Assembly: GCA_008632985.1 (NCBI GenBank)
Contig: QPGO01000056.1
Coordinates: 214,406-278,405 of the forward strand
Length of the DNA stretch: 64,000 nucleotides
Reading direction: 5' to 3'
From: Psammoneis japonica
Lineage: Eukaryota
Shown here: positions 1 to 10,861 of the stretch, in pieces
How positions within the stretch are numbered: the stretch's first letter is position 1
Layout: each line of letters starts with the position of its first letter
Made by a program: the position numbers and the translations under genes
Notes under the pieces: generated by a model
Databases searched by the model: none
Told to the model about the DNA's origin: nothing
The model's input: the letters and a program-made list of their open reading frames with translations, nothing else

Positions 1-697
1 GAGTTGCTGCAATCGCAGCAAGCATGGCTGCATCTTCCAAGACGTGCGTGCCGGCTGGTGCCAGTTGCATTAAGTCCGCCGTGCACTCGGCAACTTGACA
101 CTGATCGTGGGTGAGGTCGCCCACAAGACCGAAGTGGCGGCCGTCCCAAGGCTGCGGGTCACCAACCACCGTGATCGGACAAGTGGAGATTCGATGGGAA
201 ACTTGAATCTTTCCCGGGTCATTTCCAAGGCCCTGTGCGCGACAGTGGGTCACGACGGGCACAGGTGCGTCGTGACCGGACGCCGCGGTCAATCTTGTAA
301 ACAGCGCAGTGGGGCTGTAACGGGACTGGCCGTTTGCGACTGCGGCTGCGTCTGCCACAGCATTCGCGTGCGCACCGCGGTGCGGATCCAACGCCTGCGT
401 GGCGTAGAAATCTGCGCACGTGTGTGTGGCGCGTGGAAGAGGTGGCATGGCCACCGGTTGTCCATGGCCATGAACACTCGGTTGTCCGCCGGCTTGTGCC
501 GGTGGAACAGCCTGTGGTGGTGCTTGCGCGGCTGGAGGGGGCGGCTGTTGCTGCCCCTGTGGTGGGATTGGTGGCCCCTGAGGCTGGCCTTGTCCCTGCG
601 GCACTGGATGTACAGGTGGCGCTACGTTGGGAGCCTGAGGCTCCTCTGGAGCTGGCGCTCCTGGATTCGCTTGGGGAAAACCTCCTGGATTCAACAC
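1..697 (-). mobile_element. 5' part of gag-like ORF of a tyrosine-recombinase (DIRS-type) retroelement, runs off window start
   Basis: My minus-strand translation gives a Pro/Gln-rich N-terminus, then GKIQVSHRISTCPITVVGDPQPWDGRHFGLVGDLTHDQCQVA. This matches GVVQVFHHATQHPITVAGPAQPWDGQFFALAGDLTMRQCQLA in the YR element at ~58.6 kb. The region is TpA-poor. Confidence 0.7.
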
Positions 698-1021
698 ACT
701 CAATGGCAACTTCTTCTACGAAAACGAAAGAGAACAGCGGCGGAGGCATCCTGCGTCGAACCGACAGCGTTTTAATCTATCTACGGGCCGGCTTGCTGTT
801 GTTGTTTCCAAAGGAATGAGAGGAAACAAAGCAGCCGGTGAGAGAGGCGGCCAGGAAGTTCGGGAACTTTCAAATGGAATGGGGAATCTCGCCTTGCGGA
901 TTGTTCGAGGACAGTGAGACTGAAAATGACCTTGGCAAGTTTGTGCCTGCTTTTCTGTTTCGTTCGTTGCAGAGCGATGACCGATGATGCCTGTGGCTGA
1001 CCGATGACGTCAGATTGTAAA

Positions 1022-1197
1022 TGAAGAATTTACCATGTGGTTTTATCGGAAACAGTGTTTAGAACTGTGTGTTTGGCGATTCGGAACGGGAAGACTCCAT
1101 CCGAGATCTACTCACAATCTCAGAAATAGTGGCACGATGTTACAACGATTTTCTATAACTTTGCTCTCTAGCAAGCGACCACCGGGTAATTTGTTCA
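1022..1197 (+). repeat. 5' LTR of copia element 1
   Basis: Direct repeat of 7784-7959 with 14 differing nt in 176 by manual alignment; followed by the PBS-like motif at 1198-1214. Confidence 0.95.
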
Positions 1198-1884
1198 CTT
1201 TGTCAGAGCCATTGCCGCATGTGACGACAGTGGCAATGATTGCTGCGCTTGCGAACGATTCGCAATACGACCATTTGTTCCAACTTGTCAGAGATGACAT
1301 GAAAACATCGACGAACGTGAGATGACGTTCGTGCTTGACGAGCATGTAACTCCCAGGGCTAGTTCGGCCGTAATGCTTGTGGATGACAAAAGTGTCGACT
1401 GTCCTGATGTGTTTTGTGAGCGCAAACACGCGGACACAGAGCGCAAATTTGGATCTGGGACGCCATTTCCATGCCGAAGTTATCTCGGAAGCAACTGCGT
1501 GGCGACTTGAAATCGCCAAGTGAGCATACAAACACATCCAAGTTGAACATGTAGACACGACATGATTGACAAATTGTGCGTGTTGAACCTCACTGTTGGT
1601 CAATGTTGACCAGGGAACGAGCACGTCGCCAATGATCGGCACATGCATTGTTCGATCACGTAGATTGTAACAGCAGCCGTTGTATCTGAATTCCAGTGCA
1701 GACATTAATCCACGTGGATTAAACACAAACAGCCATCTGCAGACACGTTGATCGCAGTTGTGACGATTGCTTTTATGCAACGGTGGAAAAGCGATACGAA
1801 GTTCGCACACCTCACTCACTTTTCGTACACAACCACACAAAAGTTTGCGAGAACATCAAATTGCACCGTTCGTAACCATCAACC

Positions 1885-3375
1885 ATGGCAGCAGTCGCTG
1901 CAGCGATGCGTGCTGCCTGTGCCCGACTGGGGTTCACCGCGCAAGCAGCCGCGGCTTTAACCGATGAGCAGGGAATCGACTCAGTCGATGAACTGCGTCA
2001 TCTCGACGACCACGAGGTCGAGACCTCATGCAAGGTCATTCGTCACCCAGGAGGGGCTGTGGCAGGGAATCCGCCGGCAGGAGGGAACGCCCAACCCAAC
2101 CTGGGGACGTCAGTCCCGTTGCGAGCCGAGACCAATCTCAAGCTCACCGCGCATGCAGCTCGTCACTGCGAGTGCATGTCGCAGACGTTGCGAGCTGTCA
2201 ACATCAACCTTGCACGAGTGCGAGGCTGCCGACACTTCCGCACCACAGAGGAGACCTGCGTGCCACCCGAAACGCTGCCAACGATCATCAAGAAGGACTG
2301 GCCGAAGACGATCGAGTCGATTCAGGAGCATCTGCGGGCATGCCGAGGCGAGACGAAAATGCCGCCAGCGCACGTCATCCATGATGGCCAGGAAGCAACT
2401 CCCAAGGCTGATGATCCGGCCACCAACTGCGACAATCCTGTCGAGGAGATGATCGCGAGGGCCCCGCATTTCGCTGCTGGGAATGACCCTCAACCCACCG
2501 AAACGTTCGCGGCCGACAACATCAAAGTGTGGGAAATTGTTGCAGGCATTGCGCGAGAACACACGAGTTGGGCCCATGTCAAGTCGGCCCAGAGGAGTCA
2601 GGATGGCAGGACGGCCTGCCTGAACCCATGCAACCATTTCTTGGGCCCCAACAATGTAGACAACATGGCGAATGCCGCTGAAAAGCGCCTTGCCAGTTTG
2701 TCCCACCACGGGGAAAAGCGCAATTGGAACTTTGAGCGCTGCGTGCGAGTTCATGTTGAACAACATGCGATTCTGGATGGCTTGGCCCAGTGTGGTTATG
2801 CCGGGATCGACGCACGATCCAAGGTCCGCCATCTCCTTGCAAGTGTCAAGGACTTGTCGCTTGACTCAGTCAAGACGCAGATTGTGTCTAGCGCAATGTT
2901 GCGCAACGACTTTGATGCTTGCGTCATTCTGTTCAAGGACTTCATCAAGCAGTCCAAGCCAGACAATGACGCGAAACGTCTTCGTGTTGCGGCTCTCAAG
3001 GCTGGGAAGTGCAGACGAGAGGCTGTCATTCATGCCGATGATGTGGAGGACAAGTGCTGCCCTCCCAAAGAGTGCAGCAAGCTGTCTCCCCAGGCTGGGA
3101 AGAAGCTCAAGTCGCCACGCGACACACGTGGTGACACGAAAAGCGGCAAGGCCACGGCGGCCGGTGACGCCAAACAGATCAAGGCTCTGACCAAGACGGT
3201 TGCTGCTGTTTCAGCTCAGACAGACGATTCATCCGATGAAGGCAGCAGTGAATCTGAAACTGACGAGCCAATGAAGCCTCCGGCTGCCAAGCAGGATTGA
3301 AACCGCGACAACAAGGCGTTGATTCGCAAGGCTGCTCGCAAGCATGTCCCCAAGGCTGGATGTCGCAAGGAGTGA
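1885..3375 (+). pseudogene. copia gag, element 1 (internal TGA at 3298-3300, probably from CGA)
   Basis: 471-aa ORF with KDWPKT...MPPAHVI...HHGEKRNWNFERCV. It continues in frame through NRDNKALIR to TGA at 3373-3375. Confidence 0.85.
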
Positions 3376-6300
3376 CCACCAATGGTGGCTGTCATGCGGC
3401 TCAGTCCATTGCAGACTTTGCGCTTAACCCAGACAAAGGTTGAGGGACCATCGAATGCAGAGTCTCGCATGGACATCGACAGTCATGCAGACATGAGCAC
3501 ACTGGGCAAGCACGCTTTAATTTCACTTGACCATGACAGGCCAGTGGACATGGAAGGGTGCAACCCGACATTGGGTGCCAGCAAGCATCTGCGCACCGTC
3601 AGTGGAGCTGTCACTTGTGCCGATCCTCAGACGGGCCACCCACACGTCTTGGTTGTCCACCAAGCAGTCCATGTGCCACACCTTGAGCACAACTTGCTGT
3701 GTCCAATGCAGTTGTGGCTGAATGACGTGGAACTTTCATTAAAACCGAAGTTTCTGCTGAAAAAGCCCAACGACAAGGAACATGCGATTGTTGCCAAGGA
3801 CGCAAATGGCACCTCATTGACTGCACCTTTGGACCTGGAGGGAGTCTCGAGCTGCTTCCCCTCCAGTGTCCTGACTTTATCTCAACACGAGGATGCGGCC
3901 CAAGACGGGAGTGTGCACGAACTCACGCATGAGTCCCCGGAATGGGACCCCGCCTCCTCTGATTTCCACGCCAGGGAAGATGCCATGACCGATGCTCTTG
4001 GCAGAGTGCATGAGACCGGGGACGATGCACGTCCTCATGTGCACATTGTGAGCACGAAGCTCTCATGCACTGCAGCTCAAGAGACCTCAGACTCTCTGGG
4101 GAATCAGCCATTGCGTGACATTTCCAATGCATGCGATGACCGTTTGCTGCTGGCATCCATGAAACTGTCTTCGCTCAAGACGATGAAGCGCGGCTTCAAG
4201 GTTGACGCTGAACGTTTGGCCGAGAATTGGTCCATCAGCCTCAAGGATGCTCAGAACACTCTCAAGGTTACGACACAGCGTGGAGCTGGGACGGTTCTAC
4301 ATCCTGCGCTGTCGCGACGTTTCCGTGCCAATGATCGACAACTGCGACACAGGTGCATCTCAAAGGAGATGTACTCCGACACCATGTTCTCCTCTGTCAA
4401 GTCCAGGTGAGGGAATGTGTGCGCGCAAGTGTTCGCAATGTCCAATGGATGGGCACGCGCTTGTCCATTGAAGTCAAAACATCCAGCGCACGAGGCGTTG
4501 TCGTTGCTCTTCGTGCAAGAAGGCGTGCCCCATGCTGTGCCAGTGGACGGGGCGAGAGAAGAGACAATGGGGCAGTTTAGCAAGAAAGCCAGGGAGGCTG
4601 ATTGCCACACAAGACAAACTGAACCATGTGCCCCTTGGCCCAACACCGCAGAGGGCACAATTCGTGAACTCAAGAGAGGTGTTGGGCGCAAGATGGTTGA
4701 GTCACAGGCCCCAAAATGCCTGTGGGATGATTGCCTGGAACTGGAAGGCCTCATTGGGTCTAACGCCGCTCGAAGCATCTGTGAGCTTGACGGTGAAGTC
4801 CCGGAAACTGTTGTGTCCGGTCAGACGGCTGACATCTCGCACATGTGCGAACCAGGCTGGTGCGACTGGGTCATGTTTCGAGACACGGCAGTCTCATTTC
4901 CCGAGGACAAGGAAGTCCTGGGGCGATGTCCAGGTCCGAGCAGGGATGTGGGCCCAGCTGTGACGGCCAAGATGCTCAAGGAGAACGGACAGGCAGTCCA
5001 TCGCTCATCTCACAGGGCACCAACTCCGAGGAGCAGGGACACAAGACGCACATGGCGTTGCGTGAAAAGTTTGATGGGTTGACAGAGGTCAAGCTGGGCC
5101 CTGGCATGACCGTCGGGGACTTTGACGACCCTGGCGCAATTGCTCCCACCTTCAAACCGCACAAGGATGACGAGGAACAGGATGTTCCGTCTAGTGCCTC
5201 CGATGAGGATGACATGCCAGACGAAGCCTACGATCAACATGTCAACGCAGAAGCACTGCTGCCTCACGGGGACATGGAACAGACTGGGATGGTGAAGCGA
5301 CGTAAGCTCAATCCGGACGGCACACCCGCCGGACGGGCCAACCCAAACCCAATGCTTGACACTCGTGTGTGTGAGGTCGAGTTCCCTGATGGACAGAAAG
5401 TGGAATTCGCGGCGAATGTCATCGCTGAGAATGTGTTCGCACAGTGTGACAATGAAGGCAACCAGCACTTGTTGCCAGATGCAATCGTTGATCACAAGAC
5501 TGACGGGCATGCTGTCAAGAAGGAGGACGCCTTCATCCAAGGCAGTCGAGGACGTCGATCCATGCACAAGACTGCCAAAGGCTGGCATCTTTGCGTGCAA
5601 TGGAAAGACGGATCCACATCTTGGGAACGACTGTCCGACTTGAAGGAATCTAACCCAGTAGAAATGGCAGAGCATGCCAGGGCTAGATCTGCTGAGGATG
5701 AACCCGCATTTGCATGGTGGGTTCCCTTTGCCTTCAAGAAACGTCAGCAAATCATAGCCGCTGTGAACAAGCGACATCACAAGTGCACTCATGAGTGCGG
5801 GATGCGCATTCCCAAGACCTGTGAAGAGGCAGTCGAGATCGATGAGGCCAACGGCGACCGCTTGTGGCAGGACGCCGTAGACAAGGAGATCGAAGTCGTT
5901 GTGAAAGCCTTTGAGATTGTTGACGATGACGAGGAGCTTGTGGGTTGCCAGCATGTCCGCTGCCACTTGGTCTTTGATGTCAAACTACAAGACTTCAAGC
6001 GGAAGGCTCGTCATGTCGCAGGGGGACATGCCACTGAACCTCCAGCGACCCTGACGTACGCAAGCGTCGTCTCCCGTGAAAGTGCAAGGATTGCCTTCGC
6101 TCTGGCAGCTCTAAATGACTTGGAGGTTAAGGCTGCGGACATTGAGAATGCCTGTGTCACCGCACCTGACAGTGAGAAGATCACTGCAACTCTGGGACCT
6201 GAGTTTGGACCCAATGCTGGGAAGTGTGCCACAGTCAAGCACGCATTGTACGGATTGAAGAGTGCAGGTGCATCCTTCAGGAACCACTTGGCATCGTGCA

Positions 6301-7515
6301 TGCGTCATCTTGGTTGGGAACCATGTCTGGCTGATCCCGATGTGTGGATGAAGGCACAAGTTCGACCAGATGATGGGTTCCGCCACCATGCCTGTGCACT
6401 GTTGCATGTCGACGACGTGCTCATGGCACACCACGGCGCTGCGTTGGCGCTCAAGGAATTGGACCGATGCTTCAAGATGAAACCCGGATCCATCGGTGAC
6501 CCTGAGATGTGCCTTGGGGCGAAGATCCGTGAAGTGCAAATGCCGAACGGTGTCTGCGCGTGGAGCATGAGCTCCAGCAAGTGCATCCAACAGGCTGTTG
6601 GAAATGTTGAGGGGGTGTCTAGATGAGTCCACTCCCAGATGGACGTCACCACGCAAGGCAACGGCTCTGTTTCCCCGCGACTGTCGACCGGAGCTCGACA
6701 TTGCGCCAGAGCTCAGCGCAGAGCGGGCTCGATTTCATCAGTTGCAGGTGGGAGTCCTGCGCTGGATGGTGGAACTCGGACGAGTCGACCTCATGGCAGA
6801 GGTGTCCGAGCTTGCCTCATTCCTTGCCATGCCTGGAGAAGGTCATCTCGACGCAGTCCTGCATGTGTGCGGACACCTTGAGAATGGACATGACGCCACG
6901 TTAGCGTTCGATCCAACGCACCCGGACATCGACATGTCTGACTTTAAGGAATGTGATTGGCAGGCGTTTTACGGGGACGTTAAGGAGGCAATTCCGCCGA
7001 ATGCACCAGAAGCTCTGGGCAAGGACATTGATCTACGCCTGTTTGTAGATTCAGATCATGTGAATGACAAAGTGACGAGACGCTCTCGCACTGGTCATTT
7101 TGTCTGTTTGAACATGGCATTGGTTGCCTGGTTCTCCAAGCGCCAGAGTGCCATCGAGACTTCAGTCTTTGGTGCTGAGTTTGTGGCCATGAAGCAGGGC
7201 ATGGAAGCTTTGCGAGGCCCAAGGTACAAACTCAGGATGATGGGAGTCCCACTCAGCGGACCATCATGCATTTGTGGGGACAACATGTCAGTTGTCCACA
7301 ACACCCAAAGCCCAGAGTCGACTTTGAAGAAGAAGTCTAACTCTGCATGCTGCCATGCCGTTGGGGAGTCGGTGGCCATGGGTGAGTCCCTTGCAGGACA
7401 CATTAGATCGGAATGCAATCCAGCTGATCTTGCGACCAAGATCATGTGCAGTGGCATCAAGCGAGATGGCCTCGTTGGCACGATGCCACACGACACATGT
7501 GATGATTGGGGATGA
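3376..7515 (+). pseudogene. copia pol (protease, integrase, chromo-like segment, RT, RNase H), element 1, disrupted
   Basis: ORFs 3382-4410, 4417-5082, 4845-6626 and 6598-7515 join through one in-frame TGA and two frameshifts. Protease DSHAD is present; the RT YVDD motif reads HVDD (6405-6416). Confidence 0.92.
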
Positions 7516-7783
7516 ATGAAAAATGAACAGTTGCTTCCTCGACTGATTCTTTTTCTGTTTCTCCTTGCATCTGGCAAGCATGTTAGCTTGCACTGGTGGG
7601 CATGTTGGCTCGCATTCCTTCCATGCGCTTCTTGGAAGGGCACAGTTTTAGACCGGCACCCTTTCCCAATTTGGGTTTCAGCAGGTTGTTGGGGTTTCCT
7701 TGTCACTTGGTTGTGGCTAAATGCTGTCGGAGTGTAAATTGGATCAAGCCGATTCAGTGTCTGCTTCAACGACTTGAGGGGAC

Positions 7784-7959
7784 TGAAGAATTTGCCATGT
7801 GGTTTTATCGGAAACAGTGTTCAGAACTGTGTGTTTGGCGATTCGGAACGGGAAGACTCCATCCAAGATCTGCTCACAATCTTAGAAACAGTGGCACGAT
7901 GTTACAATGATTTTCTATGACTTCACTCTCTAGCAAGCGACTGCGGGGTAATTTATTCA
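7784..7959 (+). repeat. 3' LTR of copia element 1
   Basis: Direct repeat of 1022-1197, preceded by polypurine tract GAGGGGAC (7776-7783). Confidence 0.95.
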
Positions 7960-7989
7960 CAAATCGATTCTTCCACTGGCCATCTGACC

Positions 7990-9215
7990 TCCCATGCTGA
8001 CCCTCTGTCTCCCTGATCATTCCCTTGCCATCGCCTTTCTTCCTGCTTTGCTTGGCGGCTTTGCCTTTGGGACCCGACGGCCACTTCCATCCCTTCCTTC
8101 CTGGTTGCTCTCCTTTGTCACTCCTTCCACTTTGCCTCCCACGGAGCTCAGCTGCCGCCCGGAGATGCCGCTGCTCTCCCTCGCCACTTGTGCTGTGCTT
8201 GTCCTCCTGGAGCAACCCTCACTTGAGCTTTCACCTCTGCATGATTTTCCACCATCACACCCCTGCTCTTGCCTGTGCCTCCACCAATTCTGCTTCTTCC
8301 TTGGCTGCTCTTGTGTCAAGTCTGTCAGTCTTGTTCCCAGCCCAGAGCCAGCCGCGTTTGTCACAACCACCACCAGCAAGTCATCGCTGCCACCCTTGCT
8401 GATGCTCCATCCAATGCACAAGTTTCTCCACCCTCTCTCCTGTCCCCACTCACTGGCCTCCCTCTTCACTCCTTCTCCCGCCACTTCCAGAGTTCTCCCC
8501 TTGCATCTGATGCCTGCATCATTGCTGCCCAGCGCAAACTCCGTGCCTTCCCATCCTTCCTCCTTCCCTTGTTGGCACTCCCTGTCCCTGCAGTCACGCC
8601 ATCCTCAACACTTGTGGTGATCATGCCTTCTCTTGCTGGCAAGGCCACAAACTCAATCCATCCAATGGTCTCTGGGACACTCTCTTCATTGTGGCCCAGC
8701 AGATCTCTTGGGACCCTTTGCCCAGCTCTGTCATTCCTCCAATGACATGCTTCTTGAGCATGCAAATCTCCTTCCCACCCGTCTGCTTCTCCATCCTGCC
8801 AATGTTGGCATTTCTGTGCCACCTCCAGCTTCTCTTTCTGCTCCCTCTCACCACCACTGTGTTGCTGCTGATGTTGCCGTCACCCAAGCTCCTTTTCGCC
8901 CTCCTCCAGGTCTGCCCACTCCCTCTTCCCCTGTTTTGGCTGGGGCACACCATTTGAGTGCAAGACTGCTGAAGTTTCTTGAGCCTTCTGCCTCTTCTTC
9001 TTGTGGATCCTTGGTTGCTGCTTCACCCAACAACAATGGCATCTTCCTTGTTCCCTTTGCCATTGATCACCTCGGTGCCAGTCTCCGCTTCTTTGGCCAT
9101 TGATTTCTCTTTGGCTCTTTGCTCTCCTCTGCCTGCTCCCAGCCCAAGCCTCCCTGGCCCTCCTCTTCTGACCTGTGCCACTCCAATGCTTCCTGTTCTG
9201 CCTTCCTCTGCACCT
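7990..9215 (+). mobile_element. 3' remnant of a restriction-like-endonuclease non-LTR retrotransposon (CRE/NeSL/R2-type)
   Basis: Fragmented frames give TCGDHAFSCWQGHK...LWDTLF (Zn-knuckle-like), then LHPANVG...CVAADVAVT...LVPFAIDHLG, resembling the RPAD...DVTV...PFxxDxxG RLE signature. Confidence 0.5.
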
Positions 9216-10617
9216 TGAGGACAGATCCATGGGGGTGAGGGTGCATGTTTAAGGAACCATGAATTTTTTGGAAAAACCCAGAGATGCACTGCACTGTGTG
9301 CATGCGCATTTGCCAAAAAAAACAGTGATGGGTCAAACTTTGTCCAAGTGCATTGACAATGGTTGTGACCATGCATGTGATGTTCAGCTTGTCAACTGCA
9401 GATGTGTCCACAGGTCTGGCCGATCAAACATCAACAGTCGGCATTTCCTGGAAAGTTGTGTCTTGTCCACCACAAGCAGTGCAATTTTGGCAAAAATCAG
9501 CATCAACTTCAACCTGGCAACAGGGAACAGGCCAATGAGCGGCATTGAAGCTTCAAACAAGCAGCTCTCACAGCAATCCAACAGCCCTGATGAGGGTTTG
9601 TTGAACACCTGAGTGTTTTGCATTGTTCCAAGACAGGTCCAAACAGCACGGCAAAGTGCAGGGAATTCCAGGCCCACAAATGTCCACCCTCACCCCCTTG
9701 GATCCATCCTCAACATCTCCATCTGCCCTTCTTTTTTCTGCCACGCCTGGAATCACCTTTCCACTGACTCATCTCCAGCTTTTTCTTCCAAATGCCTTGT
9801 TTCCTGTGTTCTGTGACTGTTCTGCTCTTCTGCTCTGCTGCAGCCACTTGTTCCATGCCTCCTTCTGCTGTTCCCTTCTGTTCTCAACAAGCTTTTCAAC
9901 TCTGTGCTTGGTTTGAAGATTCTGCCCAAGCAGAAAAAAGAAAAATCGAGGATGAACACTTGAGGATGAAATTGTGGCTCCAACAACCTCATGGAGCAGA
10001 AACCATTCCTGGACAAAGATGTCCAGTTTTTGAAATGTGCAATTTTTGCAGTTTGCATGCTTGGGCCACTTCAACTGGCCATTTCTGTGGCTCCCTCATC
10101 AAGTTGTTTGCAGCTGTGCATCAGCATCTTGACAGAAGATGAAGAGAAGCCAGTGGTGAGAAAACAACATGTTTCCTTTTGCTGTGGATGTGTCTCCATG
10201 CAGAGCCCCTTGCAGGAGCCAATGGACATGAGTCGTGATGATCGCTGTGCTGTTTTTTGTTTTTGTGAGGCAGCTCAGTGGCTTGAGAGAGCAAAACTGC
10301 ATCACAAATGACATGAGTGGAGCTGAGGGAACACAAGTGAATGCAGCACACAGCAAATCATGCACAACCAAAAACCTGTTCAATTCCTGTCACTCCCCAT
10401 TTTGCTGGAAGGAGCCACAGGAACCACATCATCACCAAAGGGCTTGGCAAAAGCACTGGAAACAAACTTCCAGGGTGCATGAGAGCAGAAATGACAGGAC
10501 AACAAAAGGGTGGAGCAATGCTTGCACAAGGCAGCACAATGCATGCACAACTTGAATTGCAGGACAGCAACAAGCTCCAAATCACAAGCAGCAGTCTTCT
10601 TGACAGCACCTTGCAAC

Positions 10618-10861
10618 ATGGAAAACCAGTCAAATGGGAACTTCTCTTGAGAAAGTGCAGTGTGGAGCACTTGTCCATTTTTCTTCTTGGGGTCATCTGT
10701 CAATGCCAGCACAAGATTTGTTGGGTGCACCCAGAGACAAATGGAAAACCAGTCAAATGGGAACTTCTTGAGAAAGTGCAGTGTGGAGCACTTGTCCATG
10801 TTTCTTGTTGGGGTCATCCATCAATGCCAGCACAAGATTTGTTGGGTGTGCTCAGAGACAA
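10618..10861 (+). repeat. Tandem duplication of ~122 bp
   Basis: ATGGAAAACCAGTCAAATGGGAACTTCT...CAGAGACA occurs at 10618-10740 and 10741-10861. Confidence 0.9.

Larger units (their letters stand above)
1022..7959 (+). mobile_element. Full-length degenerate Ty1/copia LTR retrotransposon (diatom CoDi-like), element 1
   Basis: 176-bp LTRs (TGAA...TTCA), PBS-like CTTTGTCAGAGCCATTG, PPT GAGGGGAC, and gag then PR-IN-RT-RNaseH order (KARHVAGGH, LYGLKSAG, HVDD, FVDSDH, NPADLATK). Possible 4-bp TSD TAAA/CAAA. Confidence 0.95.

Noticed and set aside
1885..7515. Alternative genetic code (Cys/His codons read as Tyr)
   Set aside because: Neighbouring host genes use TAT/TAC and TAA/TAG normally, and TA loss also occurs across codon boundaries and in non-coding DNA.
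1022..7959. Classical fungal RIP
   Set aside because: RIP raises TpA and creates stops; here TpA is depleted and conserved Tyr codons are lost.
9217..9280. Possible DNA transposon terminus (GAGGACAGATCCATGGGGGTGAGGG...)
   Set aside because: No matching inverted partner found in the window by eye.
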